Source: a virus
Lineage: Duplodnaviria; Caudoviricetes
Length of the DNA stretch: 64,000 nucleotides
IMG/VR virus record: IMGVR_UViG_3300020050_015145
Coordinates: 8,208-72,207 of that record
Reading direction: 5' to 3' (one strand)
The notes under the pieces are model-generated. The model had not been told where the DNA came from, did no database searches, and was given only the letters and a program-made list of their open reading frames with translations. Of this stretch, positions 8,805 to 17,723 are shown piece by piece. A program made the position numbers and the translations under genes. Every line of letters begins with the position of its first letter. The stretch's first letter is position 1.

Positions 8805-9264
8805 TTTGCACCTGAAGCATTAAAGGTTTAACTGACCAATTGTCGCTTTTAAAAGCATTGGTTTTGTTGCCTATTTTCCCGCGATAAGTAATTTGCAAAG
8901 GCGTACCCGGTGTAAGATTTTCCAGCGCCGCAATCAGGCGTTTGGAGCCGTTGCGGATTTGCTTCACGCCGTCAGAAGACTTTTCAAGGAAAAACGCACA
9001 GGGTAGATTCAGTACCACCGATGCGTCGTTAATGTCCTGCACCTGCGTGTCTTCTATTTTGACGAAAATCAGGCGTTTTGCTTCTCCCGCATTTAAGGGC
9101 GTCCAATACTCGCTCGATAAGTCAAGCGGCAATACCTGTGCCCCGTCCAAATCGGGCATTTCTTTCATCGTCATTAAATCGACGGTAGGAATGGAAAGCG
9201 TAGCGCGTGGGCGCAATTCGTTTGCTTCTTCGGTCGTTACGACCAATTCATTAGACTCAGACAT
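8797..9264 (-). CDS. putative ssDNA-binding/recombination accessory protein
   Basis: Start at MSESNE; coupled to the exonuclease; function inferred from context only. Confidence 0.55.
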   Translation of the reverse strand: MSESNELVVTTEEANELRPRATLSIPTVDLMTMKEMPDLDGAQVLPLDLSSEYWTPLNAGEAKRLIFVKIEDTQVQDINDASVVLNLPCAFFLEKSSDGVKQIRNGSKRLIAALENLTPGTPLQITYRGKIGNKTNAFKSDNWSVKPLMLQVQSA

Positions 9265-9278
9265 GATAAAATATAGAT

Positions 9279-9488
9279 TTAAGTTAAAAGATAAATGGCA
9301 AGGCAAAAGGCAAGGACAAAGCAAAGCCCGGCAAAGAAGTGACGCCAAAACGCTTTGCTTGGCATCAAAGAAGGGTCACCGTACTGCGGCGGTGTGTCCC
9401 ATTCGGTGTAGTTATCAAAGCTCATTTGATAAAAAATAAAAGTGCGACCAATCCAAACAGTAAAACCATTACCATGACCGCCCAGCAT
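9279..9488 (-). CDS. small membrane protein
   Basis: C-terminal hydrophobic helix; true start probably MSFDNY. Confidence 0.45.
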   Translation of the reverse strand: MLGGHGNGFTVWIGRTFIFYQMSFDNYTEWDTPPQYGDPSLMPSKAFWRHFFAGLCFVLAFCLAIYLLT

Positions 9489-9628
9489 CCCGACCCTTGG
9501 GTTTTTGGCCCCTCTTGGTCGTAAACGATGTAAAGCAATCCGCCTATCGTTGCGATAGCTGCGGCCAAAGTGGCAGAGCCCGCTGTGAACAAAAAAGAAG
9601 CCGCTCCTAAAACAATCAGTGCCTTCAT
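9422..9628 (-). CDS. small two-TM membrane protein
   Basis: Two hydrophobic segments. Confidence 0.55.
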   Translation of the reverse strand: MKALIVLGAASFLFTAGSATLAAAIATIGGLLYIVYDQEGPKTQGSGCWAVMVMVLLFGLVALLFFIK

Positions 9629-9743
9629 GCGTATTTTTTCTTTTTAAGGTGAATCAAAAAACAAAGCAGGGCCGTTATGGCGGCGGCATACAGGGAATGA
9701 AACCCCCATATTGCCGCCGAAATCGTTAGCGTACTTATGAGTC

Positions 9744-10148
9744 TCATAGAGACATATTTTGAAGATTGCAGCGGTCAACGGTTTTGCCGGAAGCGATAGA
9801 CAATGCCTGTCCAATCGTGAAGTGATAATCGGCAATGATTCTTTGAACCAGCGCCCAGCGTTCTTTGTGCTGTTGTTTGCGACGAATTTGCGCGGGTGTT
9901 TCGGTGCGCTCGGGTTTAACCATCGTCAAACGTTCTGCACAGCACGAAATCCAGTCTCCTTTTTTGAGATCAAAAAAACAGATGGTCTTTTTGCTTGATT
10001 TTCCGCCTTTAGGGTGCTTTTCGGCAGGAATATTTGAAAGGTTGGTCGTCACTCTGGCGCGACGGACTGAACTGTCTTTTTTAACAAATTCAATCAAAAC
10101 AGTTTGCCCGGCTGAAAGGGCTTTTTGAAGTTTGGTTGTTGGTTTCAT
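9744..10148 (-). CDS. WYL_2/SH3-like beta-barrel protein
   Basis: IEFVKKDSSVRRARVT...FFDLKKGDWISC. Confidence 0.7.
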   Translation of the reverse strand: MKPTTKLQKALSAGQTVLIEFVKKDSSVRRARVTTNLSNIPAEKHPKGGKSSKKTICFFDLKKGDWISCCAERLTMVKPERTETPAQIRRKQQHKERWALVQRIIADYHFTIGQALSIASGKTVDRCNLQNMSL

Positions 10149-10192
10149 TTTTGAATCATTTTGAACGGCTACCCCGTCTTTGTGATACAATA

Positions 10193-10208
10193 TTAATACT
10201 ATTATTAA
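10193..10208. promoter_or_regulatory. 16-bp palindromic operator candidate
   Basis: TTAATACTATTATTAA, fits TTAATA-N4-TATTAA. Confidence 0.6.
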
Positions 10209-10238
10209 TAATAAGCAAAATATATTATTAATATTTTT

Positions 10239-10544
10239 TCAAGCGGCCAACAAACTGTTGATGCGAGCCTCTACCACCAAAGGCTCGTATTTGTTTTTGA
10301 GAAGATAGGCGCGAATTGAATTCAGTCCTACCTGTATTTTTCTGCCGGTCTTTAATACAGCTAATTCATTGCGCTTAATTAAGCGCCAAATTGTTGTGCG
10401 TGAGACATTTAGTATTACCTCCGCCGTTTCCATTCCCACCCATTCCACGCTCACCTTGGCGGACATAATCTGATTAAGCATGTCTTCCAGTGCCTTAATC
10501 CGAAGCTCAAGCGCATTTACTTTTTCAAGCGGAGCTACCTGCAT
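10239..10544 (-). CDS. excisionase-like HTH protein
   Basis: WVGMETAEVILNVSRTTIWRLIKRNELAVLKTGRK helix-turn-helix; near the integrase. Confidence 0.75.
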   Translation of the reverse strand: MQVAPLEKVNALELRIKALEDMLNQIMSAKVSVEWVGMETAEVILNVSRTTIWRLIKRNELAVLKTGRKIQVGLNSIRAYLLKNKYEPLVVEARINSLLAA

Positions 10545-10549
10545 GATTT

Positions 10550-10831
10550 TTAAGGGTTAATTTGTTGAAGATGAACATTAATAATATTGATGACGCTCTC
10601 CCGGTTGGATTGGTCGCCTTCGATCAATTTTTTAACTCCGTTCAGAATTTTTATTTCGGAGCTTTCCGATACTGGCTCACCCTTGCAAAAGACCCATACC
10701 GTTTGGTAGGCTTTTAAACCACCCGCCTCCGCAACTGCCTGATAACCAAGCTTTGTGATTTCCGATTTAATTTTTTTAAAGGATTCTTCATCCTTTTGTA
10801 TCTCCGAATTAACTGCGCGTGTCTTACCCAT
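10550..10831 (-). CDS. Cro-like regulator
   Basis: Small basic protein divergent from the repressor; GYQAVAEAGGLKAYQTV HTH-like. Confidence 0.55.
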   Translation of the reverse strand: MGKTRAVNSEIQKDEESFKKIKSEITKLGYQAVAEAGGLKAYQTVWVFCKGEPVSESSEIKILNGVKKLIEGDQSNRESVINIINVHLQQINP

Positions 10832-10887
10832 AGTTTTTGCCTTTTGTATCGCGTTTTTTACCGTTCAATAAAAACGCTTGCATATTA

Positions 10888-10944
10888 TTAATACAAGTAT
10901 TAACTATATAATACCTTTGAACACAAAATTAATAATAATATTAA
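10888..10944. promoter_or_regulatory. genetic switch: two operators and a leftward -7 promoter element
   Basis: TTAATACAAGTATTAA (10888-10903), TTAATAATAATATTAA (10929-10944); minus-strand TAATTTTG at 10924-10931. Confidence 0.65.
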
Positions 10945-10979
10945 TAGAGTTACAACATTAATAATAAATTATTTGCACC

Positions 10980-11831
10980 ATGCCTTACTTAAATGAAAGT
11001 GAAATGCTTAGAAAAATCAAATTGCGCCGCTTCCTGCGTGAATTCGCGGGAGGAAACCAGAAGAAATTCGCGGACCTTACCGGTCTTCAACAATCGCAGG
11101 TAAGCCAACTCGTGGGCGACCGCAGGGAGGTGACCGATAAAATGTGGATTAAAATACTTGGAAGCCTGAATGTACCCGACACAGCTCTGCCCGAAGATTA
11201 CGATATGCTTCAGCAGGAGTTGGAGGTGAGCAAAAAAAGCGTTCACCAGGGAAGGCAACTGGAAGAGTACATGCGCAAACACAACATAAAGAACATTGAC
11301 GTTGCCAAAATACTGGGTGTAAGCCCCCCGATGGTAAGCATATACAAATCTTCCGAGCAGTTTCGCCCCGATGTAGCTGAAAAAATTAACAAATTCCTGA
11401 CTGTCAACGAAGACCCGGTGCTGTACGGAGCGTCTTCCGGTACACCCGACTCGCTGCCCTTGATTTCCGACAGCGTTCGCAACCTCACAGACTTATCCAA
11501 ATGCCCGCGTTATGAAATTGTCCAAAAAACCGAGTATGACCTCAAAGACGCGGTTGTTATCAAGGTAGATACTGATTTTATGGAGCCCGTTTTTAAAAAA
11601 GACTCCGAATTGCTGGCCATTGCCGTGCCGTCTGCCAAATACAAATACCATACAGGTTTGACCGCCATCCACTACGCCGACATGGTAGCCATTGGTGAAG
11701 TAATGTCCAATGATTTGCTGGACAAAGGATTTATTACGCTTCAGCGGGGAAAAGGTGCCGTACTTCGCGTTTTGGGAGAGGATATTCAGCATTTGTGGCA
11801 TATTGCACTGGGCCTTAACGTGAAGTTTTAA
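10980..11831 (+). CDS. CI-like repressor with two HTH domains and degenerate S24 domain
   Basis: HTH1 NQKKFADLTGLQQSQVSQL, HTH2 KNIDVAKILGVSPPMVSIY; TDFMEP in place of GDSMEP. Confidence 0.8.
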   Translation: MPYLNESEMLRKIKLRRFLREFAGGNQKKFADLTGLQQSQVSQLVGDRREVTDKMWIKILGSLNVPDTALPEDYDMLQQELEVSKKSVHQGRQLEEYMRKHNIKNIDVAKILGVSPPMVSIYKSSEQFRPDVAEKINKFLTVNEDPVLYGASSGTPDSLPLISDSVRNLTDLSKCPRYEIVQKTEYDLKDAVVIKVDTDFMEPVFKKDSELLAIAVPSAKYKYHTGLTAIHYADMVAIGEVMSNDLLDKGFITLQRGKGAVLRVLGEDIQHLWHIALGLNVKF

Positions 11832-13063
11832 TGGTTACCTTTCGTGTTGAACTTGCTTCGGCCCCGAATCGGGACGGGCAGTTTCCGGTACGTTTGCGCA
11901 TTACCGCCGACCGCCGACACAAACGTATCAGCTTGGGCTTCGCCATTGCAAAAAAAGACCTGAACCCCAAAGCTACCTTGGATAAGGCGAATTGGATACG
12001 CGCCGGCCATCCGCAGCAATTGGCCTATAACAATCGAATTCGGGAAAAATGTGAGGCAATTATCAATGCGGTTTCTGAGTTATCCAAAGAGACCGAACCT
12101 ACCCTTGAAGCAGTGGAGCACGCATTGCTCAATGGCAACGACCAGTCTTTCATTGCTTATTACCGAAAGCAACTGGAGTATGTGGGCATAAAGAATTCGC
12201 TGGAAACGGCGGAAAACTACGGCGTACCGCTGAATAAAATCATCAAGCAGTTGCAGGAGAAAGGGAAAAGCGATTTAACCTTTCGGGAACTTACCCTGGC
12301 GTGGCTGAAAAGCTTTGAGACTTACATGATTCAAATCCCCAATTCAAAAAACACGGTAAGCAAACAATTGGGGTTTGTCAAGACCATCGTCGGTGCGGCA
12401 ATAAAAGACAAGCTGCTGAGTCCTCTTAACAACCCGTTTCAGGATTATAAATTTTCTTTTGAAGAAACGGAGCGCGAAAAACTAAGCCCGGAAGAAGTTA
12501 AGCAATTGGAGGATATGCCGCTGGACCCAACCTACCGCGTTTGTCACGCCCGCGACATTTTTCTTTTTATGTATTACACCCACGGGATGCGCATTGGTGA
12601 TGCGTTGTTTTTAAGGGTCAGCAACATTCACAAAGAGCCCGAGGCGTGGCGTTGCAGATACCAAATGCACAAAACCGACTCGCGGCGTAATGTGAAGCTC
12701 ACGGAAAAAGCCCGTTTGATCGTGGAGAAATACGCCGAAAACAAAGGCCCGAATGACTTTTTATTTCCTTTTGTGGAGCTGGGGAAAAACTACAACGACG
12801 AAAGAACTTACAAAGATACAAAATCAGCCAAGACATCCATCGTAAACAAGGGACTTGGCAAAATAAAGGAAAGGCTGGGCTGGGAGAAGAATTTGACCTG
12901 CCACATTGCCCGTCATACCTTTGCCGATGCGGCCCGGGTAAAAGGTGCCAATACCTATACCATTTCCAAAGCGCTGGGTCACGCCCGATTGTCCACCACC
13001 GAAAAATACCTGAAATCCTTTGACCAAAATGCAGTGGATGAAATTAACGATATATTTGAGTAG
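11831..13063 (+). CDS. int: tyrosine recombinase (phage integrase, Bacteroidota type)
   Basis: GMRIGD, HIARHTFA, LGHARLSTTEKY catalytic motifs; N-terminal arm-binding domain PVRLRIT...RISLG. Confidence 0.95.
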   Translation: MVTFRVELASAPNRDGQFPVRLRITADRRHKRISLGFAIAKKDLNPKATLDKANWIRAGHPQQLAYNNRIREKCEAIINAVSELSKETEPTLEAVEHALLNGNDQSFIAYYRKQLEYVGIKNSLETAENYGVPLNKIIKQLQEKGKSDLTFRELTLAWLKSFETYMIQIPNSKNTVSKQLGFVKTIVGAAIKDKLLSPLNNPFQDYKFSFEETEREKLSPEEVKQLEDMPLDPTYRVCHARDIFLFMYYTHGMRIGDALFLRVSNIHKEPEAWRCRYQMHKTDSRRNVKLTEKARLIVEKYAENKGPNDFLFPFVELGKNYNDERTYKDTKSAKTSIVNKGLGKIKERLGWEKNLTCHIARHTFADAARVKGANTYTISKALGHARLSTTEKYLKSFDQNAVDEINDIFE

Positions 13064-13282
13064 TGAAACATGAGTGAAACAATTACGCAACACAGTGAAA
13101 CATTGAGCGTTTCAGGTTTTTCGTAAAAAGCATCTATACAGTTACTTTGCAACATTGAGTGTTTCGGATAGTATCAAAGTTCGAGAACCTCTCTCTCTGC
13201 TTATTACAATCAAAACCCCGTGTAAATCAGGTATTTACACGGGGTTTTTGCTTTAATGGTGTAACAAAAGTGAAACAATTAC
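13062..13282 (+). other. putative attP (core about 13188-13200 with arm-type repeats)
   Basis: CCTCTCTCTCTGC core preceded by GTTCGA (tRNA-Ser 3'-like); AGTGAAACA at 13062, 13073, 13094 and 13269. Confidence 0.7.
13212..13248. terminator. bidirectional intrinsic terminator
   Basis: AAAACCCCGTGTAAAT...ATTTACACGGGGTTTT between convergent genes. Confidence 0.85.
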
Positions 13283-13926
13283 TTTTTCTGCGCTTCTTTT
13301 TTTCGTTCCGCATCGGGCAACAGCACTTCTTTTACAAACTTTTGCGAATGGGCCGCATAGGCCATATCCATCCTGCTTGCTTTAGCGCCTAATAAAGCAT
13401 GGAGTATGATTCGGGTGGACTCGTCGCCCTCAACTTTTGCCATTTCAATGACTTCGCGTAATTTTTGTTCAATGCTCATTTTGTTTGTTTGGATTTGCTT
13501 GGTGGAAGGTTTCTTTTTGATTGACTGGGCCATTGCTCCGAAAGAAAGCAAAAACAGAATCAGGAACATTTTAGGCTGAGCCGACATTGCCAATGAGCCG
13601 GCGCTTTTGATTCGGATTCGATAACATTTATCAATGAAGTCCAAGTCCTCCCTATCCCTTTTCCATAATGACCTTTCAAGCGCTTTTTCAATATCAAGAT
13701 CACAAAGGACACACATTTTTGCAAAGTGCAGGTAGTCCATTGGTGTTTGGCGCAACTTCTCCCTTACTTCATTGATTTGTTTTTGAGTAGCACCTGCCTG
13801 TATCAAAATACGGGTCGGTTCGTCCATGCTTTGAACAACGGCCAGCCTTTCGTCCCTGCCGAAGGTTTGAGAATGTTGATGAAAATCAGCGAGGGCTTTT
13901 GCGATTTTTTTAATTAGCTCTTTCAT
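13279..13926 (-). CDS. hypothetical protein (possibly composite)
   Basis: 215-aa ORF with an internal signal-peptide-like segment. Confidence 0.55.
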   Translation of the reverse strand: MKELIKKIAKALADFHQHSQTFGRDERLAVVQSMDEPTRILIQAGATQKQINEVREKLRQTPMDYLHFAKMCVLCDLDIEKALERSLWKRDREDLDFIDKCYRIRIKSAGSLAMSAQPKMFLILFLLSFGAMAQSIKKKPSTKQIQTNKMSIEQKLREVIEMAKVEGDESTRIILHALLGAKASRMDMAYAAHSQKFVKEVLLPDAERKKEAQKK

Positions 13927-13930
13927 TGCT

Positions 13931-14569
13931 TTACGAATTTATATGGTCAAATCTGTCATGGTTCCATCCGTTATCCCTTTCGTTTTCCAAATCTGCACTA
14001 TTGGTGCTTTTGGGTGGCTTGACCTTTAAAGAGACCGGCAAAGGTTCGTGCCGTTGTAGGGTTGTTTTGTCTACTGCAAGCCCTGCCTTAATCAGTCCAA
14101 AAACATCAAAGTTTTTAGATAACTGCCACTTAACAACAGTTGGCGCATGGACATGGTAATGTTGCAAGTCAGAATCTGCACCTACATCGCCATCACGATA
14201 AATAAAAAGCCTTTCGACGCCGCTCCATAGCACCCATCTTTCTTCTTTTTTGCCAATATCTCTATGGGTAATGTTGTTGCCGATAAATTTTTTATTGAAA
14301 ACAAGAAAATACGCCTCCTTCATTTCATCTTGTGACATATCGCTTAATGGGCGAAGGATGAGCTTTACATCTTTCGCATCATTCCAAGTTGGACTTTCTT
14401 CAAGATGGGTGCCGTCCTCCAAAAAAAACTGCACTCCACATTCAAATCCACCATTGATAACGTCGGACAAATGACCCCTTCTTTTGCTTTGATCGGAGTA
14501 TACTCCCAACACGTCACAACCCATGTATAGGTGTAAGTAATTTTCAATTTTCATAATTAGTTCTTTCAT
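13931..14569 (-). CDS. hypothetical phage protein
   Basis: Start revised to MKELIMKIENYLHLY; KLILRPLSDM motif. Confidence 0.7.
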   Translation of the reverse strand: MKELIMKIENYLHLYMGCDVLGVYSDQSKRRGHLSDVINGGFECGVQFFLEDGTHLEESPTWNDAKDVKLILRPLSDMSQDEMKEAYFLVFNKKFIGNNITHRDIGKKEERWVLWSGVERLFIYRDGDVGADSDLQHYHVHAPTVVKWQLSKNFDVFGLIKAGLAVDKTTLQRHEPLPVSLKVKPPKSTNSADLENERDNGWNHDRFDHINS

Positions 14570-14579
14570 TGGTTTTATT

Positions 14580-14813
14580 TTAAAAATCAAATTCCCAAAA
14601 TGCACGGTCAATTGCCGCGCTGCCACAAATCGAACAAACCGCCGAACCTCCGCGTATTTCATTCGAATGCTTTTGAATATTTTCTTCGGTATCTTCCAAC
14701 CGTTCCCCGTTCTCCAAAAGGATAATCCCTTTTTCATCATTGCATACATGACTTGAGGGAGCACCATCAATAAAAGCGTGTGCGCCATTGGGTAACTGAA
14801 TAAGTCCGTTCAT
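14580..14813 (-). CDS. hypothetical zinc-finger protein
   Basis: H-x-C and CSICG motifs. Confidence 0.65.
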   Translation of the reverse strand: MNGLIQLPNGAHAFIDGAPSSHVCNDEKGIILLENGERLEDTEENIQKHSNEIRGGSAVCSICGSAAIDRAFWEFDF

Positions 14814-14825
14814 ATTGGTTTAACA

Positions 14826-15161
14826 TTAAGTGTTAAGAATTTCAGCCGTGCCCAATTCATCCAAACCTTTAACTTCCTGCCTGTGCAAACTTTCACGAAT
14901 GGTGTTCAAATCTCTGAGAAGTACATCTACACCTTTTGTGTTAGCAAACGAGAAGACAAGCGCTGGACGTCGGCAGTCTGCCGGCTGTCCCTTTGCAAAG
15001 TCGGGGTGTTGTTCTCCGACCGCTCCCGCTTGCTCGGCCGGATAAAATCCTATCATATTTACAACGCCATAGTTGCTTATTGCGCCCAGCACTACCGAAC
15101 CGTGGCCAAATTCAATGAACGGCACTTCTTTTTCTTTTCCAAAATCGGTTAGTCCTAACAT
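14826..15161 (-). CDS. hypothetical protein
   Basis: 111-aa ORF in operon. Confidence 0.6.
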   Translation of the reverse strand: MLGLTDFGKEKEVPFIEFGHGSVVLGAISNYGVVNMIGFYPAEQAGAVGEQHPDFAKGQPADCRRPALVFSFANTKGVDVLLRDLNTIRESLHRQEVKGLDELGTAEILNT

Positions 15162-15192
15162 GTTTTTTAATGGTTAAATGGTTGATTGTACT

Positions 15193-16002
15193 TTACCAAT
15201 CTCTTCCGCACGCGCAATCGTAGTCTTTTTCCAATTCCGCATCTTTGTTATCAAGCCCTTCAATAAGTAAATCGCGTGATAACTTTTTGCCTCTAAAAAT
15301 CTCCGTGTCGAGCTCCCAGTATTTTTCCTGCATATCATCCCACCACAAAAAGCGGCTTGAATGTTTGGCAAACATTTTCATTAATTTTGAATGCGATTTT
15401 TTGTAGCAGAAGTCGCAGTTCCCTTCAAATTCTTCAATCTGAAGTCCGTAGATTTCGCGACGATGGTAATCTTCCTGAAAAAAATCATTAACGTGTTGCT
15501 TAGTTACTCCCAAGTCATAAAGCGGATAAATATAGTTTGGGTCATTTTTAACCCTTTTCGGTTCGTCAAAACGCATTCCTATTGCCTCTACATATTCATC
15601 CTTTTGCAAGCCCAAATGTTCGCGAATAAAAGCTTTAATTGGGTTGATTTTCAACTCTCTGGTGCAGTGCGGAAAAGCAATGGAAGGCAGACCATATTTA
15701 CTGATAACCGCTTCAAAGGGCTCGCCGTCCATTGAAATATTATTCCAGTCATCTATAATGGTATAGCCTGTAGCCTTCCTTTCGTCGGGATATACTTTTG
15801 CCTCAATCACATAAAGGGGAGCCTCTAAATAATCGCGCATCCAACCTCTTGCAAAAACAATTGTGCTATCTAATTCCCTGCCTGTATTGGCAAAAACATA
15901 GTGCTTTTTTCTGTGTTTATAGTCATGGTGATTTTCCATCAACCAACACAGGTATGCCGAAGATTTACCGCCCGAAAAACTAACTACAATGTCCTTTTCC
16001 AT
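15193..16002 (-). CDS. PAPS reductase-like (PP-loop) phage protein
   Basis: SFSGGKSS, NTGRE, CTRELK, GMRFDE, GNCDFC motifs. Confidence 0.85.
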   Translation of the reverse strand: MEKDIVVSFSGGKSSAYLCWLMENHHDYKHRKKHYVFANTGRELDSTIVFARGWMRDYLEAPLYVIEAKVYPDERKATGYTIIDDWNNISMDGEPFEAVISKYGLPSIAFPHCTRELKINPIKAFIREHLGLQKDEYVEAIGMRFDEPKRVKNDPNYIYPLYDLGVTKQHVNDFFQEDYHRREIYGLQIEEFEGNCDFCYKKSHSKLMKMFAKHSSRFLWWDDMQEKYWELDTEIFRGKKLSRDLLIEGLDNKDAELEKDYDCACGRDW

Positions 16003-16017
16003 GTATCTACCAACCTT

Positions 16018-16299
16018 TTAAAACCCAAACTCCCTAACCTGCACATCCTGACCGCGCAACGCCTTGGCAAAGGCTTCGTAGAAGTACACAAAAACAACTC
16101 CTTTTGTGTACAAACCCATGTTGATGGATTGCTCGGCGTAAGAGGTACACCACTTTATACCGAACTTAGCCACGATCAACTCGCGTGCCTGGTTCTCTGT
16201 TTTGGCATTGACCTGCACCAACCCGTGCCGGTCCCATTTGGTGCCATTAGGCAGGATATGGGAATGAGCCTGCCCCAGCGTAAAAAAGTACTTGTTCAT
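16018..16299 (-). CDS. hypothetical protein
   Basis: 93-aa ORF directly downstream of the promoter/operator at 16338-16370. Confidence 0.65.
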   Translation of the reverse strand: MNKYFFTLGQAHSHILPNGTKWDRHGLVQVNAKTENQARELIVAKFGIKWCTSYAEQSINMGLYTKGVVFVYFYEAFAKALRGQDVQVREFGF

Positions 16300-16337
16300 T
16301 TTGCTTCGATTTTGATGAATTACTTATTTTGACTCCA

Positions 16338-16370
16338 CAAAATTAATAATAATATTAATAATATAGTTAA
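16338..16370 (-). promoter_or_regulatory. leftward promoter with tandem operators
   Basis: Minus TAATTTTG at 16338-16345; TTAATAATAATATTAA (16343) and TTAATAATATAGTTAA (16355); 16336-16360 is identical to 10922-10946. Confidence 0.65.
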
Positions 16371-16459
16371 TATTGACCTGATTTATTTTCACAAAACACA
16401 AAAAAAACCGCTCGGAAATCTCCGAACGGTCTTAGCATCACGCAACGATTAAAAATATT

Positions 16460-16900
16460 TTAGATAGGCCCCGCCCATTTCAATCGGCAATACCAAAGCG
16501 TTGACTGCGTTCCGCTTCCCACCCCTTTGATTCTGATGTGGGTATAAGCGTAATTATCCACCTCAATGGTTTTGGACTGAAACACCCCCGATGTGGTATT
16601 GACAAAAGCCACTGTGTCCGCCGTGGGGTGCGTCGTAAAGTTTGTGCCGTCGTTTGACACTTCCACCGTAAAGGTAATGTTGGCCGTACCGGAAAGCTCT
16701 TTTCCGATAATGTGCGCCGTAACTTTTTTCCACGCTCCGCCCAGCTTCAGGGTTTGCGTGTCGGTGGTAGCGTCGGCCGTTGTGTCGCTTTTGTAGGTGT
16801 TTTGGTCGGAAATGGGAGTTCCTATTCCTGTTACGCCTGACTGAGCAAAGCTCGTAACGGCCAGCATTAAAATTGCAATAAAAGATACTATGGTTTTCAT
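16460..16900 (-). CDS. secreted beta-rich protein
   Basis: Signal peptide MKTIVSFIAILMLAVTSFA|Q; TVEVSNDGTNF motif. Confidence 0.75.
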   Translation of the reverse strand: MKTIVSFIAILMLAVTSFAQSGVTGIGTPISDQNTYKSDTTADATTDTQTLKLGGAWKKVTAHIIGKELSGTANITFTVEVSNDGTNFTTHPTADTVAFVNTTSGVFQSKTIEVDNYAYTHIRIKGVGSGTQSTLWYCRLKWAGPI

Positions 16901-16936
16901 TGTGTAAAAAGCGGAATACCACCGCCATGTTTTTAG

Positions 16937-17299
16937 TTAAATTTTTCTATACTTCTTCCAAACTTTGCCGCCAAACGCCCTGACAAAACCGTACATCGTA
17001 TATCGTTGCCACTTGGGAACTCCTGCCTTTTGCATCAATTCCAGCCAAATAATATCTACCTGTTTGCGTGTTAAGTTGTGCGAAGAAGGTACTTGGTACA
17101 TATAATCATGCACAATACTTGGCATTGCGGCCAATCCCTGCGGAGGTATCAACCACCAGACCGCCTGCGGCACAGATGCAAAATCGGTCGTGAATCCCGA
17201 CGTAATCAGCACCGAACCGAACGCACAATCCTCCACAACCTCAAACCAGTCGTATTTTCCTGAATGTTTCACAAGGATGATGCGCGGGTAAGTGGTCAT
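16937..17299 (-). CDS. DUF1353 family protein
   Basis: GFTTDFASVP...SIVHDYMY. Confidence 0.85.
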   Translation of the reverse strand: MTTYPRIILVKHSGKYDWFEVVEDCAFGSVLITSGFTTDFASVPQAVWWLIPPQGLAAMPSIVHDYMYQVPSSHNLTRKQVDIIWLELMQKAGVPKWQRYTMYGFVRAFGGKVWKKYRKI

Positions 17300-17721
17300 T
17301 ATTCGGGATTTTCTGGTTCGGGCGTTGGTTCCGCGTAAAGCGGGTCACCGTTTTGCTCTTCGATTGGGGCAAGCCCGTAGCCGTAAATGCCCGCCAACCC
17401 TGTGGCCGCTGCGTACTTTTGCGCCTCGGTTCCAAAAATCAACCCCTGCACAATTTGCCCGATTTGAACTTCCGCTTGCTCCTGCGTAGCGCCCAATCCA
17501 ATCGCCTTTTCGACAAATTCAGAAGTCAACGCATTTAGCCCGCCAAACTTCGTTCCTGTATCCAGAAGAAATTCAACAAAGAATCCGAATTCAATATTGG
17601 GCAAAAGCGATATAACAATATTGGTATTGATACGCGCCGCAATCCCTACTACCGTGCGCGTAATGTTGGCTTGGTCGGTGAATGTCCGTGTTGGATTCAC
17701 CTTGAAAAAGTAATTTTCCAT
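17299..17721 (-). CDS. hypothetical protein
   Basis: 140-aa ORF in late operon. Confidence 0.65.
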   Translation of the reverse strand: MENYFFKVNPTRTFTDQANITRTVVGIAARINTNIVISLLPNIEFGFFVEFLLDTGTKFGGLNALTSEFVEKAIGLGATQEQAEVQIGQIVQGLIFGTEAQKYAAATGLAGIYGYGLAPIEEQNGDPLYAEPTPEPENPE

Positions 17722-17723
17722 AA

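Noticed and set aside
11831-13063. Integrase as the integron integrase for the attC array
   Set aside because: It has an arm-binding N-terminus, no recognisable IntI-specific insertion, and sits by its own attP 9 kb from the array.
13165-13200. Possible tRNA gene
   Set aside because: Only a 3'-end-like fragment; no D-arm, anticodon arm or 5' acceptor strand. Treated as an att core.
13931-14788. 285-aa ORF call
   Set aside because: Its N-terminal 73 codons overlap the real 14580-14813 gene in another frame; start moved to 14569.
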